From the NCBI GenBank assembly GCA_903876665.1, contig CAIRAY010000100.1, positions 22,228 through 54,227 of the forward strand: DNA of 32,000 bases, given 5' to 3'. The stretch's first letter is position 1, and each line of letters starts with the position of its first letter. A model generated the notes under the pieces. That model was not told the origin of the DNA. It did no database searches and was given only the letters and a program-made list of their open reading frames with translations. The position numbers were made by a program, and so were the translations under genes. This document shows, piece after piece, positions 10,811-20,670 of this stretch. The DNA is from an uncultured Fibrobacterota bacterium (lineage in GTDB: Bacteria > Fibrobacterota > Fibrobacteria > Fibrobacterales > Fibrobacteraceae).

Positions 10811-11244
10811 CGGTCTCCCAGGTCAGGCATGGTGGCTGGGAAAGGAGAATTGGGGTCAAAGGGGTCATAGCTCAGTTCGGCAATTGCCCTCAGTTTACTG
10901 GATTCTATGGCCTTTTGCTGTGCGACTTGCTGAGCCATCTGTTGTTCACGCATGGCACGTAATTCCTCGCGCATGGCGCGGAGTTCTGCCTGGATATTCG
11001 CGTCGTTTGGATTTTGGATGTAAACGGTTTGAGGTTGGGTATTTTGAATTTGCTGGATCGCTTGTGGATCCCCTTGTTGGGCTCCTCCGCCGAGGACTTG
11101 ATTCACCAGCTCCTTTCCTGCAGATCGTCCGGCTTCTTTTGCGGCATCTTTTACAGCGTCCTTCGCGAGATCGCCTAGGAAGTCCCATTGGGCATTCGCA
11201 GAAGCGACCCAAAAAAGGCCTAGTAATACAAGTATATTCCGCAT
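10807..11244 (-). CDS. Small secreted protein of unknown function with Gln-rich coiled coil
   Basis: Signal peptide (MRNILVLLGLFWVASANA|QW) and internal repeat ELRAMREELRAMREQQ. 4-nt overlap with the downstream ORF. Confidence 0.7.
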   Translation of the reverse strand: MRNILVLLGLFWVASANAQWDFLGDLAKDAVKDAAKEAGRSAGKELVNQVLGGGAQQGDPQAIQQIQNTQPQTVYIQNPNDANIQAELRAMREELRAMREQQMAQQVAQQKAIESSKLRAIAELSYDPFDPNSPFPATMPDLGDR

Positions 11245-11305
11245 AATTTTGCCTCCGAGACTCTACCTTGAATATAAATTAACCGTCCCAACCCTCATAT
11301 AAATA

Positions 11306-11335
11306 TTGGCTACGGATGGTAAAATCCATAGCCAA
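11306..11335 (-). terminator. Stem-loop downstream of htpG, candidate terminator or 3'-end structure
   Basis: On the minus-strand RNA: UUGGCUAUGGAU - UUUACC - AUCCGUAGCCAA, 12-bp stem with one U-G wobble, starting about 25 nt after the htpG stop. Followed by UAUUUAUAU, not a clean U-tract. Confidence 0.5.
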
Positions 11336-11359
11336 CATTCGCTATTTAGCTTATTGAGA

Positions 11360-13216
11360 TTAGCTCAGCAACTTGGTCACCGCGGCCACATAGGCGCCGG
11401 GGTTGGAAAGGGGGGAGCCTTCTGCCAATAGGGATTGCCCAAAGAGGACCGTGGGCCATTCACCCAGAGATTCGCCTGCGTCCGCCTTCTTCTGCAGATT
11501 CTTGCAGATGGGGTGGTCCGCGTTGATTTCAAGGATGCGCTTGCTCTTGGGTGCGCCTGCATTGCCCATTTGCGCCATGATGCGTTCCATTTGGGAGCTC
11601 ATGGCGTCTTCCTTGCGGGTGAGGCAGCATGGGCTATCCTTGAGGCGGGAGCTAACCTTGACGGAATCGAGCTCGGGTAGAGCTGCGGCCAGGGCCTTGC
11701 AGAGACCAGCATAGTCCTTGGTTGCCTGGTCTTCGGCTTTCATTTCGTCTTCGGTCTTTTCCAGTTCCACATCGCCACGGGTGATGTCCTTGAAGGTCTT
11801 GCCATCAAAATCCTGGAGACCATTCATCATGAATTCATCCACGGGATCGTTCATGAACAGCACTTCGAAGCCCTTGGCCTTGAAGGCTTCCAGGTGCGGG
11901 CTAGTCTGGATGGCGGAGAGGTTTTCGCCAGTGATGTAGTAAATGTCCTTCTGGTTTTCCTTCATGCGGCCCACATAGTCCTTGAGACTGGTGAGCTGGT
12001 CTGTGCCCACGAAGGTCGAATTGAAGCGCAACAGGCTTTTGAGCTCCACCAGCCATTCCCAGTTCATGTAGAAGCCTTCCTTGAGGACAAGGCCCAGCTC
12101 TTTCCAGAATTTGGCGTATTCTTCGGGCTTGTTGTCGGCCAGGTTCTGCAAGGTTTCCAGGGTCTTCTTGACCAAGTGCTTCTTGATGTTGGCAATGACC
12201 TTGTTGTTCTGCAATAGCTCGCGCGAGACATTCAGGGGCAGGTCTTCGCTATCGACCACGCCACGCACAAAACGCAACCAGGTGGGCAGCAGTTCTTTGC
12301 TGTCATCCATGATGAACACGCGCTTCACATAGAGCTTGAGTCCATGGGTGCGCTCGGCGGAGAAAAGATTGAAGGGCGCTTTAGAGGGGATGTAGACCAG
12401 GGACCAGAATTCCTGGGTGCCTTCGGTATGGGTGTGGGACCATGCGATAGGATCGCTCTGATGTTCCGAGGCGATCTGGCGGTAGAATTCATGATGCTGC
12501 TCATCCGTAACTTCTTTTGCGGACCGACGCCAGAGGGCGGTTTTGTCGTTTAAGCGCTCGGGCTCTTTTGCACCCTGTAGCCAAATGGGATGGGTGATGA
12601 ATTCGGAATATTTCTGCACGATGGAGCGCAACTTCCATTCGCTTGCATACTCTTTGCAGTCATCCTCATCCTTGAGGTAAATGGTGATCTGGGTGCCACG
12701 GGTGGCTTTTTCGGAGGAGGCGAGTTCGTAGTCGCCGGTGCCTTCGGAGGTCCACAGCCAGGCTTCTTCAGAGCCGGCCTTGCGGGTGAGGACTTCCACT
12801 TTGTGTGCAACCATAAAAACGGAGTAGAATCCAACCCCAAATTGTCCGATTAGATTGACATCGTTCTTGGCGCCGGCGCCCAAATTCTTCATGAAGGCTT
12901 TGGTTCCCGAGCGGGCGATGGTTCCCAGGTTGTCCATTAGTTCCTGGTGGGTCATTCCCACGCCAGAGTCTTCGATGACGATGGTTTTGGTCTCTTCGCT
13001 TACTTTGATGTCAATGCGGAGTTCTGGATTCTCAGAAATAAGTTCGGGTTTGCTGATCGCTTCAAAGCGCACCTTGTCGAGGGCATCGGCGGCATTGGAA
13101 ACCAGCTCGCGCAAAAAGATCTCTTTGTGCGAGTAAAGGGAATGAATCATGAGCTGCAGAAGTTCGCGCACTTCTGTTTGAAATTCATGCTTTTCGGGTG
13201 TCTTTTCAGTGGCCAT
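11360..13216 (-). CDS. htpG: Chaperone protein HtpG (Hsp90 family)
   Basis: EFQTEVRELLQLMIHSLYSHKEIFLRELVSNAADALDK, IEDSGVGMTHQEL, IGQFGVGFYSVFMVA. The ORF opens at 13267, but ATG at 13216 (MATEKTPEK...) has AAGGAG 6 nt upstream. Confidence 0.96.
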   Translation of the reverse strand: MATEKTPEKHEFQTEVRELLQLMIHSLYSHKEIFLRELVSNAADALDKVRFEAISKPELISENPELRIDIKVSEETKTIVIEDSGVGMTHQELMDNLGTIARSGTKAFMKNLGAGAKNDVNLIGQFGVGFYSVFMVAHKVEVLTRKAGSEEAWLWTSEGTGDYELASSEKATRGTQITIYLKDEDDCKEYASEWKLRSIVQKYSEFITHPIWLQGAKEPERLNDKTALWRRSAKEVTDEQHHEFYRQIASEHQSDPIAWSHTHTEGTQEFWSLVYIPSKAPFNLFSAERTHGLKLYVKRVFIMDDSKELLPTWLRFVRGVVDSEDLPLNVSRELLQNNKVIANIKKHLVKKTLETLQNLADNKPEEYAKFWKELGLVLKEGFYMNWEWLVELKSLLRFNSTFVGTDQLTSLKDYVGRMKENQKDIYYITGENLSAIQTSPHLEAFKAKGFEVLFMNDPVDEFMMNGLQDFDGKTFKDITRGDVELEKTEDEMKAEDQATKDYAGLCKALAAALPELDSVKVSSRLKDSPCCLTRKEDAMSSQMERIMAQMGNAGAPKSKRILEINADHPICKNLQKKADAGESLGEWPTVLFGQSLLAEGSPLSNPGAYVAAVTKLLS

Positions 13217-13312
13217 GGTATACTCCTTCGAGAGTGAAAAATCTAGGGAAGAAGTATAGTCATGCAAGGCGTTTTGGGCAACCTGGACATGCGATTACTC
13301 GATCAATTTTCC

Positions 13313-14758
13313 TTAGGGGCCGTATTGTAGGACGGCTGCAATGTTGTTCCCAAGCCAGGGCGCGATGCCAGCGCCAAGCACCAGAAGGGTCAACAAGGTA
13401 ATGGAAGCGCCTTCGGTAAAGGAAAGTCGGAGGTTTTTATTGGCTTCTTCCTGGGCTTCTTCACCGGTGTCCACCCAACCCGCTTTCAGCACCTGCAGGT
13501 AGCAATAGAGGCCGATCACGGTATTGACGCCAACAAAGATCAGGAATGCGAAATGGCCCGCTTTGGCGGCGGAGCCAAACAGCATGAATTTACCCACAAA
13601 GCCTGCGACAGGCGGGATTCCGGCCAAGGAAAAGAGGCCAATGGCCAGTGCGGCGCCGAGCCAGGGCTTTTGGCGGGAAAGGCCGGTCAAGCTGGCAAAT
13701 GTCTGTTCGCGCCGGTCGCTGACCAGGGACGCGATGAAAAACACCAGGTAATTGGAGAAGGCATAGGTGAAGAGGTAGAACACCACGGAAGACCTTGCCG
13801 ACATGGCTGGACCTGTTAGAGCCGCCAGAATGTAGCCAGCCTGGGCGATGGAGGACCAGGCCATAAAACGGCGCAGACGGGTTTGTTTCATGGCTCCCAA
13901 ATTGCCCACGGTCATGGTGGCGGCAGAAAGGAGAATCAGCAAGGGCTGCAATTGGACCTGGATGGCGGCCAGAGGGCCATAAACCATGATGATCAAGAAG
14001 GAAATGGCCGTGGCTTTGGATGAAACGGAAAGAAAGGCCGTGATGGGTGTGGAGGCGCCATCATAAACGTCAGGAGCCCAGCTGTGGAAAGGAAACAGCG
14101 TAAGTTTGAAGCCGATGCCCGCAGTCAAAAAGAGCACTGCAATCCAAAGAAGAGGGGAAGTAGGAGAAGAAGCAACAGCCTCTCCAATGTTGGCAAAACG
14201 CAAGCTTCCGGCAAATCCATATAGATAGGACATGCCAAACAACATGGTTGCCGTGCTGGTGGAACCCAACAGAACGAACTTTGTTGCTGCCTCGGATGCC
14301 TTGGCGTTTTCTTTGTTCCAGGCAACCAGGAAGTATAGAGGAATGGTGGCGAGTTCAAGTCCGACAAAAAGAGTCAACAAGTCTTTGGAAGAAACCACCG
14401 TAATGGCGCCAAAGGTCACAAAAATCAAGGCAGCCAAAAACTCCGGCTTGTAGCGCATGGGGCCAAAGCCCTCTTCTCCCCGCACAAAGTTGCTACGGGC
14501 AAGTAAGGTGGTGACCAAGGCACTTAAAATAAAGAATTCCCGCATTAGCAGGCCGAAATTGCTCAGGTTCCAATTGCCGCCAAACCAAGCACGATCCCAA
14601 CCGGCGGGGATTAAATTAAGAACCACCAGCACTGCAATCAAGCCCATCCAGGCGACGTTCCAAACCAAGGAGGCCTTAACCCGGGCCAAGTCTAGAGCAA
14701 GGATCATAACCCCCAGACCGAGTAAAAGGATATCGGGAAGCAATAAAGGAATGCTCAA
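13313..14758 (-). CDS. nuoN: NADH-quinone oxidoreductase subunit N
   Basis: Multi-spanning membrane protein with NuoN/Mrp signatures (GLELATIPLYFLVAW, HSWAPDVYDGASTPITAFLSVSSKATA, LAGIPPVAGFVGK). The TTG at 14758 (LSIPLLLPDI...), overlapping the nuoM stop, is the likely start rather than 14854. Confidence 0.9.
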   Translation of the reverse strand: MSIPLLLPDILLLGLGVMILALDLARVKASLVWNVAWMGLIAVLVVLNLIPAGWDRAWFGGNWNLSNFGLLMREFFILSALVTTLLARSNFVRGEEGFGPMRYKPEFLAALIFVTFGAITVVSSKDLLTLFVGLELATIPLYFLVAWNKENAKASEAATKFVLLGSTSTATMLFGMSYLYGFAGSLRFANIGEAVASSPTSPLLWIAVLFLTAGIGFKLTLFPFHSWAPDVYDGASTPITAFLSVSSKATAISFLIIMVYGPLAAIQVQLQPLLILLSAATMTVGNLGAMKQTRLRRFMAWSSIAQAGYILAALTGPAMSARSSVVFYLFTYAFSNYLVFFIASLVSDRREQTFASLTGLSRQKPWLGAALAIGLFSLAGIPPVAGFVGKFMLFGSAAKAGHFAFLIFVGVNTVIGLYCYLQVLKAGWVDTGEEAQEEANKNLRLSFTEGASITLLTLLVLGAGIAPWLGNNIAAVLQYGP

Positions 14759-16278
14759 GGGGTACCTCTCAACACGTTTACAGAGATTGGGGTTAGGCTG
14801 GTGTCGAGCATGGAGGAGATCCAGCCGGGAAAGAGTCCCATGCCCAAAAGGCAACCCACCAGCAGGACCACCGTGATTTTTTCGGGAAGGGTGGATGCAG
14901 GCAGGTGTTCAAAATGTGGATTGGTGATGGGACCGTGCAACATGGTATTCGCGGCACGTAGCACATAAACAGCCGTGGTCGTCACGCCCAAAATGGCAAG
15001 CACAGTGACCAGGCGCATCAAAGTAGATTCATTCTGGAATGAACCGATAAAGATGGTTGCTTCGGCGACGAAACCCGAAAGGCCAGGTAGACCAAGGCCC
15101 GCGAAACCAGCGATCACAAAGCCCACTCCCAGAAATGGAACTGTCTTCATGATTCCGCCCATTTCGTCGATCATGCGGGTGTGGGTGCGACTGTAGATCA
15201 TGCCAATGGTGGAAAAGAAAAGGGCAGTCAAGAATCCGTGAGAAATCATTTGCAAGGCTGCGCCTTTGATGCCAATGTAAGTCATGGCGCAGAGACCCAG
15301 AACGATCAAACCTAAATGCCCGATGGAGCTGTAAGCGGTGATGTACTTGAGATCACGATGGCGAATGGCGATGAAGGCTGCAAAGACCACATTGAAGGCT
15401 ACCAGAATGACGATCCAGGGCATCCAGAAGCGCGCTCCTTCGGGCATCAGGTACATGGCAACGCGTAAGCAACCGTAGGTTCCCATCTTCATCATCACGC
15501 CGGCGGCGAGCATGGAAACCGCGGTTGGAGCGGAGGAGTGACCATCTGGGGACCAGTTGTGGAAGGGGAAGAGAGAAGAGGATACTGCGAACCCCAGGAA
15601 CATCACCGGGAATGCCCACATCTGGAAGTCCATGGGGAATTTGATGTCGGCGAGTACGCGAATATCGAAAGATTCTGTTCCGGATACGAAATACAGACCC
15701 AGAATGGTAACGAGAATCATGGCCGAACCGAGCATCAGGTACAGGGTAAGCTTCTTACCACCGTAGTCCTTGCGACCCGAACCCCAATTGGCGATCATGA
15801 GGTACATGGCCAAGGCTTCCAATTCATAAAAGACAAAGAAGGTCACTAAATCAAAAGCCATGAACACGCCAAACACGCCAGCGGAGAGGATTTGTGCCAG
15901 GGCAAAAAATTCCTTGTCCTGCTTGTCGATGTTCCATGTCGCCAAAATCCCAGTAAATACCACAACCGAAGTGAGAAGGATCATCAAAATGGAGAGCGCG
16001 TCGACGCCGGTGATGAACCGCACATTCAGCATCTGCATCCAGGGAAGGTCGGTCACGAAGTTGAGCAAAGGCTTGTTACCTGCAGGGATTCCCGCTGCCG
16101 CCGAGATCGCAAAAACCTTCCAGGTCAGAAACCCTGCAATCAAAACATTGACCAAGGCCGAGCCGGCATGGATCATCTTGATCAGGAATGAATTGGATCT
16201 GGAAACCGGGATGACCATAAGAACGGTCAGGATCGGTAAAATCCAGGTTGCATTGAGAAGAATTGCTTCAATTGTCAT
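14755..16278 (-). CDS. nuoM: NADH-quinone oxidoreductase subunit M
   Basis: FVFYELEALAMYLMIANWG, FPFHNWSPDGHSSAPTAVSMLAAGVMMKMGTYG, YSSIGHLGLIVLG; position between nuoL and nuoN. Confidence 0.93.
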   Translation of the reverse strand: MTIEAILLNATWILPILTVLMVIPVSRSNSFLIKMIHAGSALVNVLIAGFLTWKVFAISAAAGIPAGNKPLLNFVTDLPWMQMLNVRFITGVDALSILMILLTSVVVFTGILATWNIDKQDKEFFALAQILSAGVFGVFMAFDLVTFFVFYELEALAMYLMIANWGSGRKDYGGKKLTLYLMLGSAMILVTILGLYFVSGTESFDIRVLADIKFPMDFQMWAFPVMFLGFAVSSSLFPFHNWSPDGHSSAPTAVSMLAAGVMMKMGTYGCLRVAMYLMPEGARFWMPWIVILVAFNVVFAAFIAIRHRDLKYITAYSSIGHLGLIVLGLCAMTYIGIKGAALQMISHGFLTALFFSTIGMIYSRTHTRMIDEMGGIMKTVPFLGVGFVIAGFAGLGLPGLSGFVAEATIFIGSFQNESTLMRLVTVLAILGVTTTAVYVLRAANTMLHGPITNPHFEHLPASTLPEKITVVLLVGCLLGMGLFPGWISSMLDTSLTPISVNVLRGTP

Positions 16279-16285
16279 GATTCAC

Positions 16286-18262
16286 TCAGAGGGGGAGGTG
16301 TCCGAGATAACGGATAAACAAAATGCCAAAAAGTGTCAGGCCGATGTACAGAGGAAGAGCGCCACTCTGGAGAGCGCGGGTCGCCCGACCGCCCAGCTGG
16401 GTAAAGGTCGCACTCAAGTCCACGCAGGTGTCGACGAGGTGGTCAAATACTTTCATGGCTTCTGCCGCAAATCCAATAATCAATTTGCGGGTGATCCACA
16501 GATATACTTCGTCGAAATAGAATTTGTTCATCACTACGCGGTACCAAGCTGGACGACCTTCCGTATTCAGCGCCTTGGCTATATGTGCTTTTGATTGTCC
16601 ATAAAGGAACCAGGCGATGCCTACGCCCAAAACGCCCATGAAGGTTGCGGCATAAGGAATCCAGGTGGCATGGGCAAATTCGCCAGCAGGCACGACCATG
16701 TTGGGCTTGAAGATTCGTTCGAAAATCCCTTTGGAGAAGAATCCGGCAAACACGGTAGGAATGGTGAGCAGTACAATGGGCACGGTCATCCAAGGGTCTT
16801 CGTGGATCTCGTGGTGTTGCTGAGGATGCTTGTCATGACCATGGAAGTCATGATGGGCATGGGCGCGAGATTTTCCAAAGAAGGCCAGGAAGAACATGCG
16901 GAACATGTAGAATGCGGTGAGGCCACCGGTGACCAGACCCACTCCAAAGACTACATAGCTTTGGCTCTGCCAGGCAGCCACCAAAATTTCGTCTTTGGAC
17001 CAGAAGCCGGAGAGTGGAGGAATGCCCGCGATGGCAATGGTGGCCAAAAGCATGGAGGCAAAGGTGAAGGGCATCTTTTTGCGCAGGCCACCCATCTGGT
17101 CCAGATCATTGGAATGGACCGCATGAATCAACGCGCCCGCACCCAGAAACAGCATGCATTTGAAAAAGGCGTGGGAGAACACATGGAACATGGAAGCGGA
17201 ATAGCCGAGCTCGTTAACCACTCCGGGTCCAATATAGGAGGTGCCCAGGGAGAACATCATGTAACCCAGCTGGGACAGCGTGGAGAACGCCAGAATGCGC
17301 TTGATGTCTTTTTGGGTGCAGGCGATGATGGCTGCGAAAATGGCGGTGAGGGCTCCCACAAATTCAACCACCTGAAGCGTGTCGGCGGCAGAAGCAAAGA
17401 GTGGAAACATGCGGGCGGTCAGGTAGACACCGGCAACGACCATGGTAGCGGAATGGATGATGGAAGAGACTGGAGTTGGGCCTTCCATGGCATCTGGAAG
17501 CCAAACATGCAATGGGAACATGGCGGACTTTCCCCAACCACCGGCGAACACGAACAAGGTGCCAATGGTAAGCGCGCTCGCGGAGAACAAGCCCAGGTTG
17601 ACGGGTGTAGCAAGCTTCGCTGCAGTCTCCAGGGTATTGAGAACCGAGAATTCAAAGGACCCCGTGTAGTAAGAAATCAGCACGATGCCGAGCAGAAAGA
17701 AGGAATCGGCAAACCGGGTAATGATGAAGGCTTTTTTGGATGCAGCCACGGCGCTGGGCTTATGGTACCAGAATCCAATGAGCAGGTAGCTGGAGACACC
17801 GACCAGCTCCCAGAAAATGAACATTTGGAACAGGTTGCCGGCTGAAACAAGCCCGAGCATGGAGAATGCAAAAAGCGAGAGCTCGGCAAAGAAACGGGGG
17901 AAGCCCGAATCGCCCCGCAGATAACCCACGGAATAAATATTGACCAAAAGAGCGATCACAGTAATGACCACGAGCATCATGACACTGATGGGATCCAAGT
18001 AGATGGAAAGACCGATGGAAAAATTATCAGCGAGAGGAAGCCAATTTATGGCCCAGGGTACAATCGCTTTGCTGGCACCACCCTCTGGAAGAGCCGAAAC
18101 GACCGACCACCAGTCAAAGGCCACCATCAGGGCCGAAGCTAGCGAGAGGGCTGCCATAGCGATGGAGAAACCTGCAGCGGCCTTGGGCTTCTTGTTAAGG
18201 AATATTCCACCCACAACAAAAGAAAGCAGGGGAAACAGAAGAATCAGATAAGCCTTATCCAT
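16286..18262 (-). CDS. nuoL: NADH-quinone oxidoreductase subunit L
   Basis: IFWELVGVSSYLLIGFWYHKPSAVAASKKAFI.TRFAD, KSAMFPLHVWLPDAMEGPTPVSSIIHSATMVVAGVYL, LSQLGYMMFSLG. Confidence 0.96.
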   Translation of the reverse strand: MDKAYLILLFPLLSFVVGGIFLNKKPKAAAGFSIAMAALSLASALMVAFDWWSVVSALPEGGASKAIVPWAINWLPLADNFSIGLSIYLDPISVMMLVVITVIALLVNIYSVGYLRGDSGFPRFFAELSLFAFSMLGLVSAGNLFQMFIFWELVGVSSYLLIGFWYHKPSAVAASKKAFIITRFADSFFLLGIVLISYYTGSFEFSVLNTLETAAKLATPVNLGLFSASALTIGTLFVFAGGWGKSAMFPLHVWLPDAMEGPTPVSSIIHSATMVVAGVYLTARMFPLFASAADTLQVVEFVGALTAIFAAIIACTQKDIKRILAFSTLSQLGYMMFSLGTSYIGPGVVNELGYSASMFHVFSHAFFKCMLFLGAGALIHAVHSNDLDQMGGLRKKMPFTFASMLLATIAIAGIPPLSGFWSKDEILVAAWQSQSYVVFGVGLVTGGLTAFYMFRMFFLAFFGKSRAHAHHDFHGHDKHPQQHHEIHEDPWMTVPIVLLTIPTVFAGFFSKGIFERIFKPNMVVPAGEFAHATWIPYAATFMGVLGVGIAWFLYGQSKAHIAKALNTEGRPAWYRVVMNKFYFDEVYLWITRKLIIGFAAEAMKVFDHLVDTCVDLSATFTQLGGRATRALQSGALPLYIGLTLFGILFIRYLGHLPL

Positions 18263-18560
18263 GGAGTTCCCTCAGCTTGTCAATGTCAAGGTTCTTGTGG
18301 CGGCGGAACATGGAAACGACGATTGCCAAGGCAACGGCCATTTCGCAGGCAGCGATGGCAATCACAAATGCGGAAAAGATGGGGCCGGAGGTTGAGTCTG
18401 TGGCATGGAAGTGGGCGAAGGCCACAAAGTTGATATTGGCGGCATTCAGCATAAGTTCAATGGAAATCAAAATGCCCACGATATTTTTGCGAGTCATGGC
18501 GCCGTATGCTCCGATGACGAATAGGCCAAAAGCCAGTGCGAGGCAATACCCGAGAGTCAT
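18255..18560 (-). CDS. nuoK: NADH-quinone oxidoreductase subunit K
   Basis: GLFVIGAYGAMTRKNIVGILISIELMLNAANINFVAF and VIAIAACEMAVALAIV are characteristic of NuoK. Confidence 0.95.
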   Translation of the reverse strand: MTLGYCLALAFGLFVIGAYGAMTRKNIVGILISIELMLNAANINFVAFAHFHATDSTSGPIFSAFVIAIAACEMAVALAIVVSMFRRHKNLDIDKLRELHG

Positions 18561-19075
18561 TCTCCCTCCTTACGGGCGATAACGATGGCACCAATCACGG
18601 TGATCAGCAAGAGCAGGGAAATGATTTCAAAGGGAACCAAGAATCCGTTGGCACCAGGATCGAGGAACCGCAGACCAATATTCCGCATGGAAGCAAAATC
18701 GCTGGCCGCTGTCGCAGTCTTTGTGTTGACCAGGTAGCCAGCACGATCCAGTGCATGCAGAAATGTTCCCAGCATGGCGCTGCAAAGGGCAAAAGCGAGG
18801 ATCTTACGCATGGCGGGGGCAATTTCGGCCTTGTCGCCCAAACGGGAAGTCAGCAGAATAATGAAAATGACGAAGATAACCACGCCGCCAATGTATACAA
18901 GCACCTGGGCCACCGCGATGAATTCAGCAGAGAGCATTAGGTATAGAATGGCCGTTCCAAAAAAGGAACCAATCAGAGCAAGGGCCGAATGCAATATGTT
19001 CTTTGCGGTCACGGCCCAAATGGCGCTAACCAGCATGGCAAAGGCTACAATGTAGAAGCCGATATCTGCGATCAT
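18557..19075 (-). CDS. nuoJ: NADH-quinone oxidoreductase subunit J
   Basis: Small membrane protein, NSALHSALALIG-like HSALALIGSFFGTAILYLMLSAEFIAVAQVLVYIGGVVIFVIFIILL. ATGA overlap with nuoK. Confidence 0.93.
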   Translation of the reverse strand: MIADIGFYIVAFAMLVSAIWAVTAKNILHSALALIGSFFGTAILYLMLSAEFIAVAQVLVYIGGVVIFVIFIILLTSRLGDKAEIAPAMRKILAFALCSAMLGTFLHALDRAGYLVNTKTATAASDFASMRNIGLRFLDPGANGFLVPFEIISLLLLITVIGAIVIARKEGE

Positions 19076-19533
19076 CCTCTTCCTTCCTTCTTGTTCAAAA
19101 TCAGGTCGAACCCGTCGCGCTGGGTGCGTGCGTGTTCAAAGCCGTTGCCCATGTGAATGGCGTCAAAGGGGCAGGCTTCAATGCAGAGTCCGCACAAGGT
19201 GCATTGGTCAATGCGGTAGATATACTTCCCAAGGACTTTTTTGCCTGCGATATTTTTGGTATTAAGAACCGAAATGGTGGCATTGGGGCAGGCTTTTTCG
19301 CACAACGTGCACCCGGTGCATTTGTGGTCGCCATTCTCGTCATGGGGCATGATCACTTCACCACGGAATGCGGGGTGAAGCTTTAGAGTCTTGCGGTTTT
19401 CCGGGTATTGTTCCGTGAGGATGCGACTTGGGCGGAAGAAGTAGCCCAAGGTCACGGACATGCCCTTCAGAAGGCCCAAAGCCCCCAGAACGGTCCGTTT
19501 GAAATAGGTATCAAGAATAACAGGCGCAGCCAT
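19072..19533 (-). CDS. nuoI: NADH-quinone oxidoreductase subunit I (2x[4Fe-4S])
   Basis: Two CxxCxxCxxxCP motifs: CTGCTLCEKACP and CTLCGLCIEACP. Operon context. Confidence 0.95.
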   Translation of the reverse strand: MAAPVILDTYFKRTVLGALGLLKGMSVTLGYFFRPSRILTEQYPENRKTLKLHPAFRGEVIMPHDENGDHKCTGCTLCEKACPNATISVLNTKNIAGKKVLGKYIYRIDQCTLCGLCIEACPFDAIHMGNGFEHARTQRDGFDLILNKKEGRG

Positions 19534-19542
19534 ATAAAATCC

Positions 19543-20655
19543 TTATGGAAGAATCAGGCCAAAGGCGATGAAGACGGCACCGAGCCCAAGCAGGATCAGG
19601 TTCGCAGGGAGGAGGAACTTCCACTCGAGGGACATGAGCTGGTCCACGCGGGGGCGAGGGTAGGTCCAACGGAAGAACATGAAAAGGGTAATGAGGAACA
19701 GGATTTTGCCTGCCATCCAGAAGAAGCCAGGGAGAATGGCCAAGGCGCCGTTGATGCTCGCGACTACTCCGACAATGGGGGCAAACCCGAAGTCAGGGAA
19801 GGCGAAGGGCAAGAATCCACCCAGGAAGAACACCGAAGCCAAGGCGGAAGTTGCCACCATGTTGATGTATTCCGCCAGGAAGAACATGGCAAATGCGGTT
19901 GAAGAGTACTCCGTGTGGAAGCCTGCGGTGAGTTCTTGTTCGGCCTCGGACATGTCAAACGGGCCACGGTTCAGCTCGGCAGTCGCGGAAATCATATACA
20001 TGACAAAAGCAGCGATTCCGAGGAAAGGAGCTTTGATAATCCACCAGTCCGTCACGTTGCCTTGTTGACTTAAAACGATTTCACGCACATCGGCGGAACC
20101 GGACATCAGGACAACAAATAGCATAATGAGGGAAAGGGAGACTTCGTAGCTGATCATTTGCGCGCCACAGCGGAGAGCACCGAGCAAGGAAAATTTATTG
20201 TTGGAGGACCAGCCGGCAAGGAGGGTTCCGAGAATACCCAGGGAAGAGACGGCGATAATGAACGGAACACCCATGCCAGGGTTTGCAACTTGGAGGTTGT
20301 GATCCCAAGGAATGACGGCGAGCACCAGGAAGGAACCGGTAAGCGGAAGTGCTGGGGCTAAAAAGAAAAGAAGCTTGTCAGCACCATGGGGCGTGATTAA
20401 TTCCTTGAAAAGTAATTTGATCACGTCGCAAACGGTTTGCAGCAAACCCCAAGGACCCACGCGCATGGGCCCAAGACGAGCCTGGGTGAAGGCCGCGACC
20501 TTACGTTCCCACCAGATCAGCATGGGCGAAGGACCCACACCGACAGCCATAATAGCCACGATGGCGATGACTCCGTTTACAATGGACGCAACCCAGGAGT
20601 AGGGAGAATATTCCCTAACCAGGTCACCGATGAAATTAGTTGTCGAAAGATCCAT
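19543..20655 (-). CDS. nuoH: NADH-quinone oxidoreductase subunit H
   Basis: WWERKVAAFTQARLGPMRVGPWGLLQTVCDVIKLLFKELITPHGADKLLF, SAELNRGPFDMSEAEQELTAGFHTEYSSTAFAMFFLAEY. Confidence 0.97.
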   Translation of the reverse strand: MDLSTTNFIGDLVREYSPYSWVASIVNGVIAIVAIMAVGVGPSPMLIWWERKVAAFTQARLGPMRVGPWGLLQTVCDVIKLLFKELITPHGADKLLFFLAPALPLTGSFLVLAVIPWDHNLQVANPGMGVPFIIAVSSLGILGTLLAGWSSNNKFSLLGALRCGAQMISYEVSLSLIMLFVVLMSGSADVREIVLSQQGNVTDWWIIKAPFLGIAAFVMYMISATAELNRGPFDMSEAEQELTAGFHTEYSSTAFAMFFLAEYINMVATSALASVFFLGGFLPFAFPDFGFAPIVGVVASINGALAILPGFFWMAGKILFLITLFMFFRWTYPRPRVDQLMSLEWKFLLPANLILLGLGAVFIAFGLILP

Positions 20656-20670
20656 GGAAAAGCTTCCTAA

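Noticed and set aside
16595-17845. 416-aa plus-strand ORF antisense to nuoL
   Set aside because: Complement shadow of the conserved NuoL frame; hydrophilic Gly/Glu/His-rich translation is the expected complement of a hydrophobic protein.
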